From: Lapidilactobacillus wuchangensis
GTDB lineage: Bacteria > Bacillota > Bacilli > Lactobacillales > Lactobacillaceae
Length of the DNA: 64,000 nt
NCBI RefSeq assembly: GCF_003946645.1
Contig: NZ_RHOU01000002.1
Location: forward strand, 26,488-90,487
Direction of reading: 5' to 3'
In this document: piece after piece, positions 36,608-47,579 of the stretch
How positions within the stretch are numbered: position 1 is the first letter of the stretch
Layout of the letters: each line of letters begins with the position of its first letter
Made by a program: the position numbers and the translations under genes
Notes under the pieces: model-generated
The model's database searches: none
Told to the model about the DNA's origin: nothing
Seen by the model: only the letters and a program-made list of their open reading frames with translations

Positions 36608-38008
36608 ATGGCAACAACACGACGACGGCAGCAAATTATTATGATGGCCGTTTTATTAATGGGTAGTTTCATTACCACTTTGGCAGAAACATTGATGAAT
36701 ACCGCCTTGCCCACGATCATGCGAGAGCTAAACGTCACCCAAATGACCGCACAATGGCTCAGCACCGGTTATATGTTAGTGGCAGGCATCATGATGCCGA
36801 CAGCGGCCTATTTCACTAATCGAGTCAAACTGCGACCGCTATTCATCACAATCATGACCACTTTTTTAGCGGGGCTAATTATTTCCGCCAGTGCTAATAC
36901 GTTTACGGTATTATTGATTGGTCGCTTGATTCAGGCTTTGGCAGTGGGTATCAGTATGCCGCTGGTGCAGAATGTGATCACGATTATTTCACCGATTAGT
37001 AAACGCGGTCTGATGCTTGGTGTGACTGGCGTGGTGATCAACTTAGGACCAGCTGTGGGACCAACTTTATCAGGCTATTTAGTCGATCATTATTCTTGGC
37101 GAATGTTATTTATCTTCCTGATTCCATTAGCAGCGGTGGCGTTGCTGTTGGGAATTTTTCTCATTAAAAATATTACGCCGACGCGCCATGATCGGCTTGA
37201 TGTGCCATCACTAATTTTATCCACTGTTGGTTTTGGCGCCTTGCTGTATGGTTTTTCAAATATTGGCGTGACCGGACGATTGGATGGTCAGTCATTACTT
37301 TGTATTATCATTGGCACCATCATTATTGCCGTGTTTATTTATCGGCAACTGCATTTAACCCAACCATTATTGGAACTACGGGTTTTTCGCTCGCCTTCTT
37401 TTCGAAAGGTAGCCGTTTTGGCGTTGCTGTCCGCGATTGCCTTAATGGGACCAGAGTTGATCATTCCTTTATTTAATCAAAATGTTCGTGGCCTGACCGC
37501 TTTTATTTCGGGATTGACCTTGTTGCCAGGCGCCTTGTTAATGGCAATTTTATCTTTAGTTTCCGGGCGAATTTACGATCAAATCGGCATTAAAAAATTA
37601 GCCTATCTTGGTTTTGGCTTAGCCGTTTTGACGACGTTGCCATTTATTTACTTCGGGGCGGGGACTTCGCCTTGGGCAATTTGCTTAACTTATGCCCTAC
37701 GAATTTCTGGCTTGACCTTAGTTTACATGCCAATTATTGTGTACGGCTTAAACGCGTTGCCCGCAGCCTATGTGGTTCACGGCAGCACTTTAATTGTGAC
37801 GATTCGCCAATTGGCCAGTTCATTAGGCACCGCTTTGATGGTGGCGACGATTACTTTAGGGCGGAATGCTGGTTTACAGCAAGGTTTGTCGAGTAAACTA
37901 GCTAGCGCCCAAGGTTATCGCTGGACCTTTGTTTTAACCTTAGTGATTACTGGTCTCTGTTTATTATGGTCACTGTTGCTTAAAAATAAAACGACTGTTG
38001 AACTCTGA
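36608..38008 (+). CDS. MFS transporter, drug:H+ antiporter (14-TMS EmrB/QacA-like)
   Basis: GGAGG RBS before MATTRRRQQ. Hydrophobic helices throughout. 466 aa. Confidence 0.85.
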   Translation: MATTRRRQQIIMMAVLLMGSFITTLAETLMNTALPTIMRELNVTQMTAQWLSTGYMLVAGIMMPTAAYFTNRVKLRPLFITIMTTFLAGLIISASANTFTVLLIGRLIQALAVGISMPLVQNVITIISPISKRGLMLGVTGVVINLGPAVGPTLSGYLVDHYSWRMLFIFLIPLAAVALLLGIFLIKNITPTRHDRLDVPSLILSTVGFGALLYGFSNIGVTGRLDGQSLLCIIIGTIIIAVFIYRQLHLTQPLLELRVFRSPSFRKVAVLALLSAIALMGPELIIPLFNQNVRGLTAFISGLTLLPGALLMAILSLVSGRIYDQIGIKKLAYLGFGLAVLTTLPFIYFGAGTSPWAICLTYALRISGLTLVYMPIIVYGLNALPAAYVVHGSTLIVTIRQLASSLGTALMVATITLGRNAGLQQGLSSKLASAQGYRWTFVLTLVITGLCLLWSLLLKNKTTVEL

Positions 38009-38039
38009 GTTTAGATTAAATACGCAGTTTTGGTTTAAG

Positions 38040-38565
38040 CCGCTCCCTAGTTTGGTAGCGGCAGGGGCCGTGCGATTTAGAGGGCGTGGAACGCTGTGGC
38101 CATCGATTTGAGCTTATTGCTAGCGCAACAATCTCAAATACGTGGCTTATTCTAAGCAGTAAATTGCTAAGAATAATTTCACAGCTGACGTCAATCGCTC
38201 GGCCCCTGCCCGAATAGACTAACAGAATTCAGCGCCACTGCGTAGAAAAGCAGATTGTGGAAACTAACTAAGCCTGTTTGACAGTTTTTCTGGATGAAAC
38301 CAGAGACTGTCAAGCGGGTTTATTCACTATACGATTCAGTTGATTTGTCTCGCAATAATTGTCTTAACCACTAACAATGATGAAGTGCTCTATCTTAACT
38401 CCAGACGGAATGGAGGGATCTTGGCGTCAGCCGCCAAATTGTTCTTAGTGGCTGGGCCACTTAGAACAAGGCTTGTATTTGAGATTGTTGCAAAGCAATA
38501 AGCTCAAATCAACGTCGGCCGCGTTCCACGACAAGCAGCCTGCAATGTAGTCAGAACCAGTTCTG
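38040..38565. repeat. composite BOX-like repeat cluster (module order: gcgttccacg/ttgagcttattgc module - tagaaaagcagattg + cctgtttgaca hairpin - ccagacggaatggagg ... gcgttccacg ... cagcctgcaatgtagtcagaac)
   Basis: Same order as clusters at 39690-40250 and 57185-57895. Confidence 0.7.
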
Positions 38566-38668
38566 TTTACTAGGCCATTTTTTTTGAACTTTACTACTTC
38601 CCCCGCATTGCTAGCTTAATCAACTTCTGCGTGCTACTATCAAATTGTAAAAGAAAGTGGGGATTACG

Positions 38669-39652
38669 ATGAAATATCGACGTTTTGGTAAGACTAATTT
38701 TAACGTCAGTGAAGTTTCGCTAGGTACTTGGCAGCTTGGTTCAAAATGGGGCGACCCTTTCAATGAACAAGATGCGCAAAACACTTTGGCAGCTGCTTAT
38801 GATGCTGGGGTTAACTTTTTCGACACCGCTGATGTTTATCAGGATGGTGCCAGCCAGCGTGCTTTGGCGAAGTTTATCAAAGATAAAGGCGACAAAGTTT
38901 TCGTTTCAACGAAAGTTGGTCGTCGTTTAGATCCACATGTGGCCAGCGGTTATAATGCCAAAAACATTACTAAATTTGTCGAGGATTGTTTAACAAACTT
39001 GCAAGTGGATGCGTTGGATAATGTGTTGCTTCATTGCCCACCAACGGCCGTTTATTACGAACCAGAGGCTTTCTTCACTCTTGACCAACTGAAAAAAGAC
39101 GGTAAGATCAAGAATTACGGCGTCAGCGTGGAAAAAGTTGAAGAAGCGATGAAAGCTTTGGATTACGACATCTCTTCGGTCGAAATTATTTATAATATGT
39201 TCCGGCTTCGTCCCGCCGACAGTTTCTTCAAAATGGCCCAAGCCAAAGATGTGGGGATTATTGCTCGGGTGCCATTAGCCAGTGGTTTGTTAAGCGGCAA
39301 GTACACACAACAAACAACTTTTGGTAAAAATGATCAACGAACGACTAATCGTCACGGCGAACAATTTGACCAAGGCGAAACTTTCTCTGGTGTTGATTTT
39401 GCAATCGGTGTCAAGGCTGCTGATGAATTAAAGGCGCGTTTAGGCGCTGGTGATCAATTGGCCCAAATGGCACTACGGTATATTCTCATGGCCGATGCCG
39501 TTAGCACCGTAATTCCTGGGGCGTCGAAGCCAGAACAAATCACGCGCAACGTGGCAGCTGCTGATTTACCAGCTTTTACTGCTGAACAAATGGCAATTGT
39601 GCGCGATGTTTACGATAAGTATATTAAGAATCCTGTGCAATATAAGTGGTAG
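38669..39652 (+). CDS. aldo/keto reductase (Tas/YhdN-like)
   Basis: GTWQLGSKWGD ... FDTADVYQDG signature. 327 aa. Confidence 0.85.
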   Translation: MKYRRFGKTNFNVSEVSLGTWQLGSKWGDPFNEQDAQNTLAAAYDAGVNFFDTADVYQDGASQRALAKFIKDKGDKVFVSTKVGRRLDPHVASGYNAKNITKFVEDCLTNLQVDALDNVLLHCPPTAVYYEPEAFFTLDQLKKDGKIKNYGVSVEKVEEAMKALDYDISSVEIIYNMFRLRPADSFFKMAQAKDVGIIARVPLASGLLSGKYTQQTTFGKNDQRTTNRHGEQFDQGETFSGVDFAIGVKAADELKARLGAGDQLAQMALRYILMADAVSTVIPGASKPEQITRNVAAADLPAFTAEQMAIVRDVYDKYIKNPVQYKW

Positions 39653-39689
39653 GATTGCCCAACGTTGCGGCCGTCTATTAAGATCTGAA

Positions 39690-40250
39690 CTAGTTTTGGG
39701 CAAAATAGTGGACAACTCCGTTGCGGCCGGCGGGTTGTGGAACGTTGCCGACATCGATTTAAGCTTTTGCAATGCAAAATCTTAAATACGAGTCTTCTTC
39801 TAACCGCTAAAAGCGGCAAGAAGAATTTGGCGACTGACAACCCGGCGGCCTCCACTACGTTTAAAACTAATTTAGTTCACTCTAGATTTTGACGATAGCA
39901 AGTCAAAACTAGTAAGGCTAGACGCCAATCGCTCAGCAACCACCTGATGAAACTAACTGAATTGATTACTACTATTTAGAAAAACAGATTGCAATAAACT
40001 AATATGCCTGTTTGACAACCTTTCTGGATGAAACCAGAGAAATGTCAAACGGGCTTTTTGAATACTGTTATTTAGTTGTGACAGCAATTTAAATCGAGTT
40101 GATCAATCCCAGTCGAATTGTCTCAACACTATCATCAGGTTTTGACGGTTTTGAATTTTTAGTCTTTGAGTGGTTCAAATCAACGCCGGCAGCGTTCCAC
40201 AACCAGCAAGCCCGGAATGTAGTCAGACTCAATTCTGTTTGTACACTTTT
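39690..40250. repeat. composite BOX-like repeat cluster
   Basis: Contains the aactccgttgcggccggcgggttgtggaacgttgccgac module, the ttagaaaaacagattg + gcctgtttgacaacc ... tgtcaaacgggc hairpin, and the gcgttccacaaccagcaagcccggaatgtagtcagactc module. Confidence 0.7.
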
Positions 40251-40439
40251 ACCGGTTTAGTCCTTGAACTTTTGCTCATAATTAACATCAACCCAACCCC
40301 AACTAGACAACTTCTTGCTGCGAAACCCTCATTTTCAAGACCACGAAATTGCTTTTAAGTCGCTCAGTCAATCATACTGAAAGTGATTTATAAACAATTG
40401 ATCAGACTTCAAGATTGTGACGTAAGGGGAGTTGTCATG

Positions 40440-41294
40440 AATGTTATTTATTTACTATTACCAGCACTTGCTTGGGGCGTGCTGCCATTAGTGATTTCAT
40501 TGGCGGGCGGTCGACCAGTGAACCAGATTTTTGGAACCGCGGTGGGGACGGTGATTGCTAGTGTTGTGGTGGTGATTGCGTTAAGGCCAACAATCAACTG
40601 GACCACAGCACTTCTGGCGGCCTTAGCGGGAGCCTTTTGGATTATTGGCCAGCTGGGACAGTACACTGGTTACCAAAGAATCGGCGTGTCGAAAACGATG
40701 CCGATTTCGACTGGCTTACAATTAATCGGCACGTCTTTAATTGGGGTGGTGATGTTTGGCGAATGGCCAACGACTTTAAATCGGGTCATTGGTGTTCTAG
40801 GTGTGCTGTTGCTGATTTTAGGGGTGATTTTAACCTCAATCAAAACGCCAACTGGTCAAACAGTGACTCACAAACATTACGGCACCCTGATCATGCTGAT
40901 TTTCACCACGTTTGGATATTTAATTTATAACACGATTCCGCGAGCCTTGGGTTCATCAGGGCTGGCAATCTTTTTACCAGAATCAATTGGGATGTTGGTT
41001 GCCGTCTTGATTTATTTGTTAAGCACCAAACAGTTGACCGTATTTAAGGAACGAAGCAGTTGGCTGAACGTTTTTGGAGGCTTGATTTTTTCGGTGGCGG
41101 CGGTCAGCTATATTGTTTCGGTGCATAATTATGGTGTCAATACGGCCTTTATTGTGTCGCAATTATCAGTGATGATTTCGACTATTGGCGGAATTATTTT
41201 CCTCCATGAACGAAAACATGGTCGCGAGTTGCTTTTGACAATTGCTGGATTAGGACTGATCATTGCTGGGGCTTTGGTCACGACGTTAGCGTAA
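40440..41294 (+). CDS. glcU: glucose uptake protein GlcU (sugar transporter, 10 TMS)
   Basis: AAGGGGA RBS before MNVIYLLLPALAWG. Membrane protein directly upstream of gdh as in the B. subtilis glcU-gdh operon. Confidence 0.75.
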   Translation, partial: NVIYLLLPALAWGVLPLVISLAGGRPVNQIFGTAVGTVIASVVVVIALRPTINWTTALLAALAGAFWIIGQLGQYTGYQRIGVSKTMPISTGLQLIGTSLIGVVMFGEWPTTLNRVIGVLGVLLLILGVILTSIKTPTGQTVTHKHYGTLIMLIFTTFGYLIYNTIPRALGSSGLAIFLPESIGMLVAVLIYLLSTKQLTVFKERSSWLNVFGGLIFSVAAVSYIVSVHNYGVNTAFIVSQLSVMISTIGGIIFLHERKHGRELLLTIAGLGLIIAGALVTTLA

Positions 41295-41309
41295 GGAGTG
41301 AATACGAAA

Positions 41310-42095
41310 ATGTATGCAGATTTAACAGGTAAAGTTGCCGTAGTGACGGGCAGTTCGAAGGGGATTGGCCAAGCTGTCGCTGCTCGTTTCGGTCAAGAAA
41401 AAATGAAAGTTGTCATTAATTACCACAGCGATCCCGCCGGTGCCGAAAAAACCGCGGCGGCCGTGGTGGCAAATGGTGGCCAGGCCGTGACCGTGCAAGC
41501 AGATATTGCCACTGAAGCTGGCGCCGAACTTTTATTAGCAACGGCGTTGACCAACTTTAACGATTTGGACGTTTGGGTCAACAATGCCGGCATGGAAATC
41601 AAGTCACCAACCCACGAGCTGTCGCAAGCCGACTGGCATAAAATGATCACGATCGATTTAGACGGCGTTTTCTACGGTTCCCAAGTTGCCTTGGCTTATT
41701 TTGAAAAACAGCATAAACCTGGGAACATTATTAACATGTCGTCAGTTCACGAGGAAATTCCTTGGCCAACTTTTGCGGGCTATGCAGCAGCTAAAGGTGG
41801 CGTTAAAATGTTCACCAAAACCATTGCCATGGAATATGCGAAAGACAATATTCGTGTTAATGGCATTGGACCTGGGGCGATTAATACGCCGATCAATGCG
41901 AAGAAATTTGCTGACAAAGCGCAGTATGACCGAACGGTGAGCATGGTGCCAATGAATCGGATCGGCACACCTGAGGAAGTTGCCGCCGGTGCCGCTTGGT
42001 TAGCCTCCCAAGAATCTAGTTATGTCACTGGCATCACGCTATTTATTGATGGCGGGATGACCTTGTATCCAGCGTTTAAGGATGGCCAGGGTTAG
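41310..42095 (+). CDS. gdh: glucose 1-dehydrogenase (SDR family)
   Basis: TGSSKGIGQA cofactor motif and YAAAKGG catalytic region. 261 aa. AAGGAGTG RBS. Confidence 0.8.
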   Translation: MYADLTGKVAVVTGSSKGIGQAVAARFGQEKMKVVINYHSDPAGAEKTAAAVVANGGQAVTVQADIATEAGAELLLATALTNFNDLDVWVNNAGMEIKSPTHELSQADWHKMITIDLDGVFYGSQVALAYFEKQHKPGNIINMSSVHEEIPWPTFAGYAAAKGGVKMFTKTIAMEYAKDNIRVNGIGPGAINTPINAKKFADKAQYDRTVSMVPMNRIGTPEEVAAGAAWLASQESSYVTGITLFIDGGMTLYPAFKDGQG

Positions 42096-42390
42096 TCATA
42101 ACGATTGCAAATTGCCAAGGTCAAGCGAGTTTTGAAATAAACTTAATAGAGAAGACATTGCTGGGAACTAGCAATGTCTTTTTAAATACTCAAAAATGAT
42201 ATTTTTGATTGTTCATAATGAAGCCAATTGTTCAGATAATCAACTCATAAGTTTTACTTATCAATTAGATTTGAAATCGAAATTGGTTTAATCATTGCTA
42301 GCCATTATGATAATCAAGTAAGTTATTTGAACTACTATGAAAATTATTGTGATTATTTGATTGCTTGATTGAATAATGGAGGTAAATAAA

Positions 42391-43242
42391 ATGCAAAATG
42401 AAGTTGTCGTATTATTCGGTGCTGGTGCCATTGGTGAAGCCATTATTCGCCGAGTCGGTGCTGGTCGTCAGGTATTATTGGCTGACTATAGTGATGCTAG
42501 TCTAGAAAAAAGTGCCGCGCGATTAACTGAGGCCGGTTTTACCGTCACCACGATTAAAACCGATATTTCGCAACGGTCATCAATTCAGGCTGTTGTTGTC
42601 CAAGCCAAGAAGTTAGGCAAAATTATGGGTTTAGTTGTGGCGGCGGGTGTTTCGCCATCACAGGAATCTCGAGAACGAGTCTTGCAAGTTGACTTATATG
42701 GTACCTCAGTTATTCTAGAAGAATTTGGTCAAGTAATGGCCGCTGGTGGTGCTGGTATTGTTATTTCCTCGCAATCTGGTCATCGTTTGCCAGCTTTGAC
42801 CACTGCTGAAAATCAGGCTTTGGCAATGACACCAACTGAAGATTTGTTGGCTTTGCCAGTGTTGCAGGCTGATCGAGTTCAAGATTCGTTGGCTGCCTAT
42901 CAATATGCCAAGCGAGAAAATGTCCTGAGAGTTGCTGGTGAGTCGGTTAAGTGGCAAGCGCGTGGTGCCCGCATTAATGCCATCAGTCCTGGCATTGTCA
43001 TGTCACCTTTAGCGCTTGACGAACTGAATGGCCCCCGCGGTGCCGGTTATCATAAAATGTTCGAATCAATGGTCACGAAACGGCCAGCAACACCAGACGA
43101 AATTGCTGGTTTGGCTGAGTTCTTAATGGATCGCCGCAGTGCTTTCATTACTGGTAGTGATTTTCTAATGGATGGCGGGATCACTGCTCAATATTGGTAT
43201 GGTGATGTGGCCGAGGTTCGTGACAGTGGTGCGGCTAAATAA
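42391..43242 (+). CDS. SDR-family oxidoreductase
   Basis: LFGAGAIGEAI Rossmann motif. 283 aa. Confidence 0.75.
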   Translation: MQNEVVVLFGAGAIGEAIIRRVGAGRQVLLADYSDASLEKSAARLTEAGFTVTTIKTDISQRSSIQAVVVQAKKLGKIMGLVVAAGVSPSQESRERVLQVDLYGTSVILEEFGQVMAAGGAGIVISSQSGHRLPALTTAENQALAMTPTEDLLALPVLQADRVQDSLAAYQYAKRENVLRVAGESVKWQARGARINAISPGIVMSPLALDELNGPRGAGYHKMFESMVTKRPATPDEIAGLAEFLMDRRSAFITGSDFLMDGGITAQYWYGDVAEVRDSGAAK

Positions 43243-43311
43243 GTGATAAGATATAAGCAAATAGTGGTATGAATTTTTAATTAACAATCAATTAATAAAG
43301 GAGTTTTTAAA

Positions 43312-44334
43312 ATGAAAGCAGCAATGTTTATTGAACCAGGAAAAGTTGTCACAGCTGAGGTTGATAAACCAGTGATTGAAAAACCAACTGATGCAATTAT
43401 TCGAATCGTGCGTGCCAGTGTGTGTGGCTCAGATCTCTGGTGGTATCGTGGTATTTCTAAACGAGCCGCTAATTCGTTAGTTGGTCATGAAGCTATCGGG
43501 ATTGTTGATGCTGTTGGCGAAGCCGTGACTGATGTTAAGGTTGGCGATTTCGTGATTGCCCCATTTACTCACGGTTGTGGTCATTGTGCCGCTTGTTTGG
43601 CTGGCTTCGATGGCGATTGCATGAACCAAGAGACTGGTGGCAATGGCGGTTATCAGGGTGAATATTTACGTTTTACTAACGCTAATTGGGCCTTGGTTAA
43701 GATTCCCGGTCAACCAGCTGATTATTCAGAAGACATGTTAAAATCATTAGTCACCTTAGCTGATGTGATGGCAACTGGTTACCATGCTGCAACGAGTGCT
43801 GAAGTTAAACCGGGCGATACCGTCGTTGTTTTTGGTGATGGTGCCGTTGGTTTGTGCGGGGTGATTTCAGCTAAGTTGTTAGGTGCTAAGCGAATTATTG
43901 CCATGAGTCGTCATGAAGACCGCCAGAAGTTGGCTCGTGAATTTGGCGCCACTGATATTATTCCGGAACGTGGGGATGAGGCTGTTGCCAAAGTCATGGC
44001 ATTGACGAATGGTAATGGTGCGGATGCGGTTCTGGAATGTGTTGGGACTGAACAGTCAGTTGACACTGCCGTTAAAGTTGGTCGTCCTGGCGTACCGCAA
44101 AAACCAGAAATGAATACCAATAATTTATTCTGGAAGAATATTGGTTTACGCGGTGGGATTGCTTCCGTCACTTCTGATGATAAAAAAGTATTGTTGGATG
44201 CCGTGCTCAGTGGCAAGATCAATCCAGGTAAAGTCTTCACGAAGAGCTTTACTTTGGACCAAATCGAAGATGCCTATCAAGCAATGGATCAACGGACAGC
44301 AATTAAATCATTGCTTAAAGTTAGTGAAGGCTAG
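43312..44334 (+). CDS. zinc-dependent alcohol dehydrogenase (MDR family)
   Basis: CGSDLW ... GHEAIGIV ... CGHCAACLAG zinc ligands; GDGAVGL Rossmann motif. Confidence 0.85.
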   Translation: MKAAMFIEPGKVVTAEVDKPVIEKPTDAIIRIVRASVCGSDLWWYRGISKRAANSLVGHEAIGIVDAVGEAVTDVKVGDFVIAPFTHGCGHCAACLAGFDGDCMNQETGGNGGYQGEYLRFTNANWALVKIPGQPADYSEDMLKSLVTLADVMATGYHAATSAEVKPGDTVVVFGDGAVGLCGVISAKLLGAKRIIAMSRHEDRQKLAREFGATDIIPERGDEAVAKVMALTNGNGADAVLECVGTEQSVDTAVKVGRPGVPQKPEMNTNNLFWKNIGLRGGIASVTSDDKKVLLDAVLSGKINPGKVFTKSFTLDQIEDAYQAMDQRTAIKSLLKVSEG

Positions 44335-44875
44335 GCTTAAAGAAAGTTTTAAAGCAGAATTGAGTCTGACTGCATTGCGGGCTGCTTGGCGTGGAACGCG
44401 GCTGACGCTGATTGAAGCCTTTTTTCAAAAGTCTTCAATACAGGTCTTATCGTAAGTACTAAAGCACTAACGATAATTTGGCGGTTGACGCCAAGATCCC
44501 TCCATTCCGTCTGGAGTTGAGTTGGTTCACTTCATCTTTATTAGTGCTTAAGGCTGTGATAGCAGGATTCAGTGACTCAATTTAATCAGTAATAGTAGTT
44601 GAACAGCAAAAAATCGGTGTGACGATTCCTATTTTTCAATAGAGATTGTCACACCGATTTTGTACTACCACAATCTGGTTCAGCCAAATAGTGGTGCTTA
44701 ATTCTGCAAGTTTAACCTAGGCAGGGACCCAGTGATTGGCGTCAATGGTGAAATTATTCTTGCCGCTTCAGCGGTTAGAATAAGGCTTGTATTTGAGATT
44801 GTTGCGCCAGCAATAAGCTCAAATCAACGCCCACCATGTTCCACGCCCTCCTAATCGCTGGGCTCCTGCCGTTCT
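44335..44875. repeat. BOX-like repeat cluster (two elements incl. ccattccgtctggagttga and ggcgtcaatggtgaaattattcttgccgcttcagcggttagaataagg palindromic module)
   Basis: Shared modules with 47820-47995 (near-identical ~170 bp) and other loci. Confidence 0.7.
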
Positions 44876-45067
44876 TAACTAAGGAACGGCTTAATCAATC
44901 TACGCGCATTATCGGCAAGAATTGAATTGATTGTGGCAGTACCTGATAAAAGCGGCAAAGAACGTTCACCCCCAATTAGAATCAATTTTGTCCGAACGAA
45001 AAGTTGATTTTGACACGACAAGAATAGTATTATTTTTGGTAAGTCAATCTTACAGGTGAAGAATAAT

Positions 45068-45628
45068 ATGAAAACATATCTGGCCTTATTGCGTGGTGTT
45101 AATGTTGGCGGCAAAAATCGGGTGGTGATGGCGACTTTGAAGGCTGCTTTTGAACAGCATGGCTTCACGAACGTCAGGACTTATTTGAACAGTGGCAATG
45201 TTGTTTTTACGACTGAGGAAACACCGTTAACCGAATTAACGAATGCTTGCACCGAAATTATTGCGGCAGTATTTGATTTAATGATTACGGTGACTGTGAT
45301 TTCGGGTGCTGATTTATTGGCGGCCCTGATGAAAAGGCCGGCGTGGTGGCAGGTAGATTCGGCGGCAAAACACAATGCGATTTTCGTGATTGCGCCGACA
45401 ACAACTGCCGAAGTGATTGAATCTGTTGGTGCCGCTAAACCGGAATACGAGCAAGTTGCCGCCGTTGATCAACTGATTTTCTGGTCAGCACCGCTTAAAA
45501 CTTTCTCACGAACACGTTGGTCGAAAGTTGTCGGGTCGAAATATTATGATCGGATTACGATTCGTAATGCGAACACAGTACTGAAATTGGCTGCCTTGAT
45601 TGCGCAAACCAATGATTTACTTTGCTGA
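45068..45628 (+). CDS. DUF1697-family protein
   Basis: MKTYLALLRGVNVGGKNRVVMATLKAAFE N-terminus is typical of DUF1697. Confidence 0.6.
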   Translation: MKTYLALLRGVNVGGKNRVVMATLKAAFEQHGFTNVRTYLNSGNVVFTTEETPLTELTNACTEIIAAVFDLMITVTVISGADLLAALMKRPAWWQVDSAAKHNAIFVIAPTTTAEVIESVGAAKPEYEQVAAVDQLIFWSAPLKTFSRTRWSKVVGSKYYDRITIRNANTVLKLAALIAQTNDLLC

Positions 45629-45686
45629 AATCGCTATGATTTGACGTTGATTTTTTTAGTAGTTGTTAATTAAATGAGGTGACTAA

Positions 45687-46571
45687 ATGTTTCAACAGAT
45701 GCAATATTTTATCGCCGTGGTGCAGCAGCACAGTTTTACTAAGGCTGCCGAGGTTTGCAATATTTCGCAGTCGGCGATTTCTCAGCAAATTAAAGAGTTA
45801 GAAAATTATTTAGACGTGACGTTATTAGAACGCAGTGGTCGAAGTTTTACCGTGACGCCAGCTGGTCAGTATTTCTATCGTCATAGTCAAGAAATTCTTG
45901 CTAACGTTGAGCAACTGGTGGCGAACACAAAACAAATGAAGCAAACAGCGAAGCCAATGTTGCACTTAGCTTATTTGCGGAGTTTTGGGACCGCAGAATT
46001 TCTCGAAGCTGTTGCAGCATTCTCAAAAACTTATCCTCAAGTTGAAATTAAAATTAGTAGTGGCAATCATGAACAACTATTTAATTTATTACGCGACGAA
46101 AAAGTCGATTTGATTTTTTCTGATCAACGACGGGCATTATCCAATGCGTATGTCAATGAAGCCTTAACAAGCAGTCCCTTTATGGTGGCAGTCAGTCGCG
46201 CGGCTTTTAATGGCATGACTCAGCAAATCCAGGCGGCCGATTTGGTCGACTTGCCTTGTCTGCTATTAGCCGATAATGGTCAACAAGCGACTGAAGAAGA
46301 TTATTATCGTGACGTTTTAGGTGTGCGTAGTAAGTTTCAGCTGGTGAATAGTTATGACGAAGCCCAAATGTTGATTGCTGCCAATCAGGGCTTTTTAATC
46401 ATTAATCAGCGCACCCAATCGTTGCTGAATTCAGCAGTGGTGCGCTTGTATCAATTAGTTAATAGCCAACAACAATTAAGCCAAAATTATTATGCGTTCT
46501 GGAAGCAGGACAATTCGGGTTTTTATATCGAAACTTTTGCCGAATTATTACAACAGAAGTTTCAGGAATAA
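45687..46571 (+). CDS. LysR-family transcriptional regulator
   Basis: N-terminal HTH MQYFIAVVQQHSFTKAAEVCNISQSAISQQIKELE. Confidence 0.85.
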   Translation: MFQQMQYFIAVVQQHSFTKAAEVCNISQSAISQQIKELENYLDVTLLERSGRSFTVTPAGQYFYRHSQEILANVEQLVANTKQMKQTAKPMLHLAYLRSFGTAEFLEAVAAFSKTYPQVEIKISSGNHEQLFNLLRDEKVDLIFSDQRRALSNAYVNEALTSSPFMVAVSRAAFNGMTQQIQAADLVDLPCLLLADNGQQATEEDYYRDVLGVRSKFQLVNSYDEAQMLIAANQGFLIINQRTQSLLNSAVVRLYQLVNSQQQLSQNYYAFWKQDNSGFYIETFAELLQQKFQE

Positions 46572-46597
46572 TATTTATTTATGTACATGTCAGCTTA

Positions 46598-46652
46598 AAA
46601 ATAGCCTGTTTGAGAATTTCTGGTACGTCAGAAAAATATCAAACAGGCTATT
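46598..46652. repeat. cctgtttga-hairpin repeat module acting as bidirectional terminator
   Basis: atagcctgtttgagaatttctgg ... aaaatatcaaacaggctattt between convergent lysR-type and nitroreductase genes. Confidence 0.6.
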
Positions 46653-46676
46653 TATTTGTATTACCTTTGAAATTAG

Positions 46677-47429
46677 TTAATCCAAAAAGAAACCCTGTTG
46701 GCGTAAAGCTTGATTTAGATCACGACGCTGAGCAGGCAATTCATGGGCGGAGCGAGTCAACAAACTGGTAAAGGTTTCTTCACGAGTATTGCGGCTGCGG
46801 TGGGCATAATAGTTTTTAATCGTCGCATCATATTCGGCCACTAAATCTTTAGTGTTGTCTGGCAACTGGTAGGTGTTTTCAAAATGAACCAGCGCTTGAG
46901 GCAATCTTGGTTTCGGTTGGGTTGCTTGATCAGGTCGACCCACGATTAAGCCTAACATTGGAAAAGTTAATGGTGGTAATTTCAATAAATCAATTAAACG
47001 TAGCGGATCATTGAGAATACTCCCCAGAATGACTGTGCCAAGGCCTAAATTTTCAGCAGCGTTGACGACATTTTGTACGGCCAAGGCGGTATCAGAAGTG
47101 GCTTGGAAGAATTTATCAGTCGATCCCAGAAAACTATTTTGTTGATTAAGCCCGGTAATTGTGGCAGCTCGGTTTAAATCAATCACGAAAATAAACAAGT
47201 GGCCATTGCCATCAACATATTTTTGGCGACTAATGGCAGCAATTTGGCGGCGAATTTCGGGTTCAGTAATACTCAGCACACTGAACGATTGCAGAAAATG
47301 GGAGGTGGCAGTATGTTGGGCCACGGTAATCAATTCTTGAATAGTAGCTGCTGGAATTGGTTCCGCCGTGAATTGGCGGACCGTACGATGTTGCAGTTGC
47401 GTTTTTAAAACCTCGTCATTTTTTAGCAT
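46677..47429 (-). CDS. oxygen-insensitive NADPH nitroreductase (NfsA/NfrA-like)
   Basis: HRTVRQF N-terminal motif. 250 aa. Confidence 0.8.
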   Translation of the reverse strand: MLKNDEVLKTQLQHRTVRQFTAEPIPAATIQELITVAQHTATSHFLQSFSVLSITEPEIRRQIAAISRQKYVDGNGHLFIFVIDLNRAATITGLNQQNSFLGSTDKFFQATSDTALAVQNVVNAAENLGLGTVILGSILNDPLRLIDLLKLPPLTFPMLGLIVGRPDQATQPKPRLPQALVHFENTYQLPDNTKDLVAEYDATIKNYYAHRSRNTREETFTSLLTRSAHELPAQRRDLNQALRQQGFFLD

Positions 47430-47579
47430 CGAATAGCTCCCTTGAATTCATAAGATAAATTAATTGTAGCACTAATGGAATCGGTTATAAATTGCGTTTC
47501 AAAGATAATAGTTATTGGCTTTTTGCAGTCCGTACATCAGTAAGCTCATAAATATTCGTGAAGGTGTTTAAACAGAACA

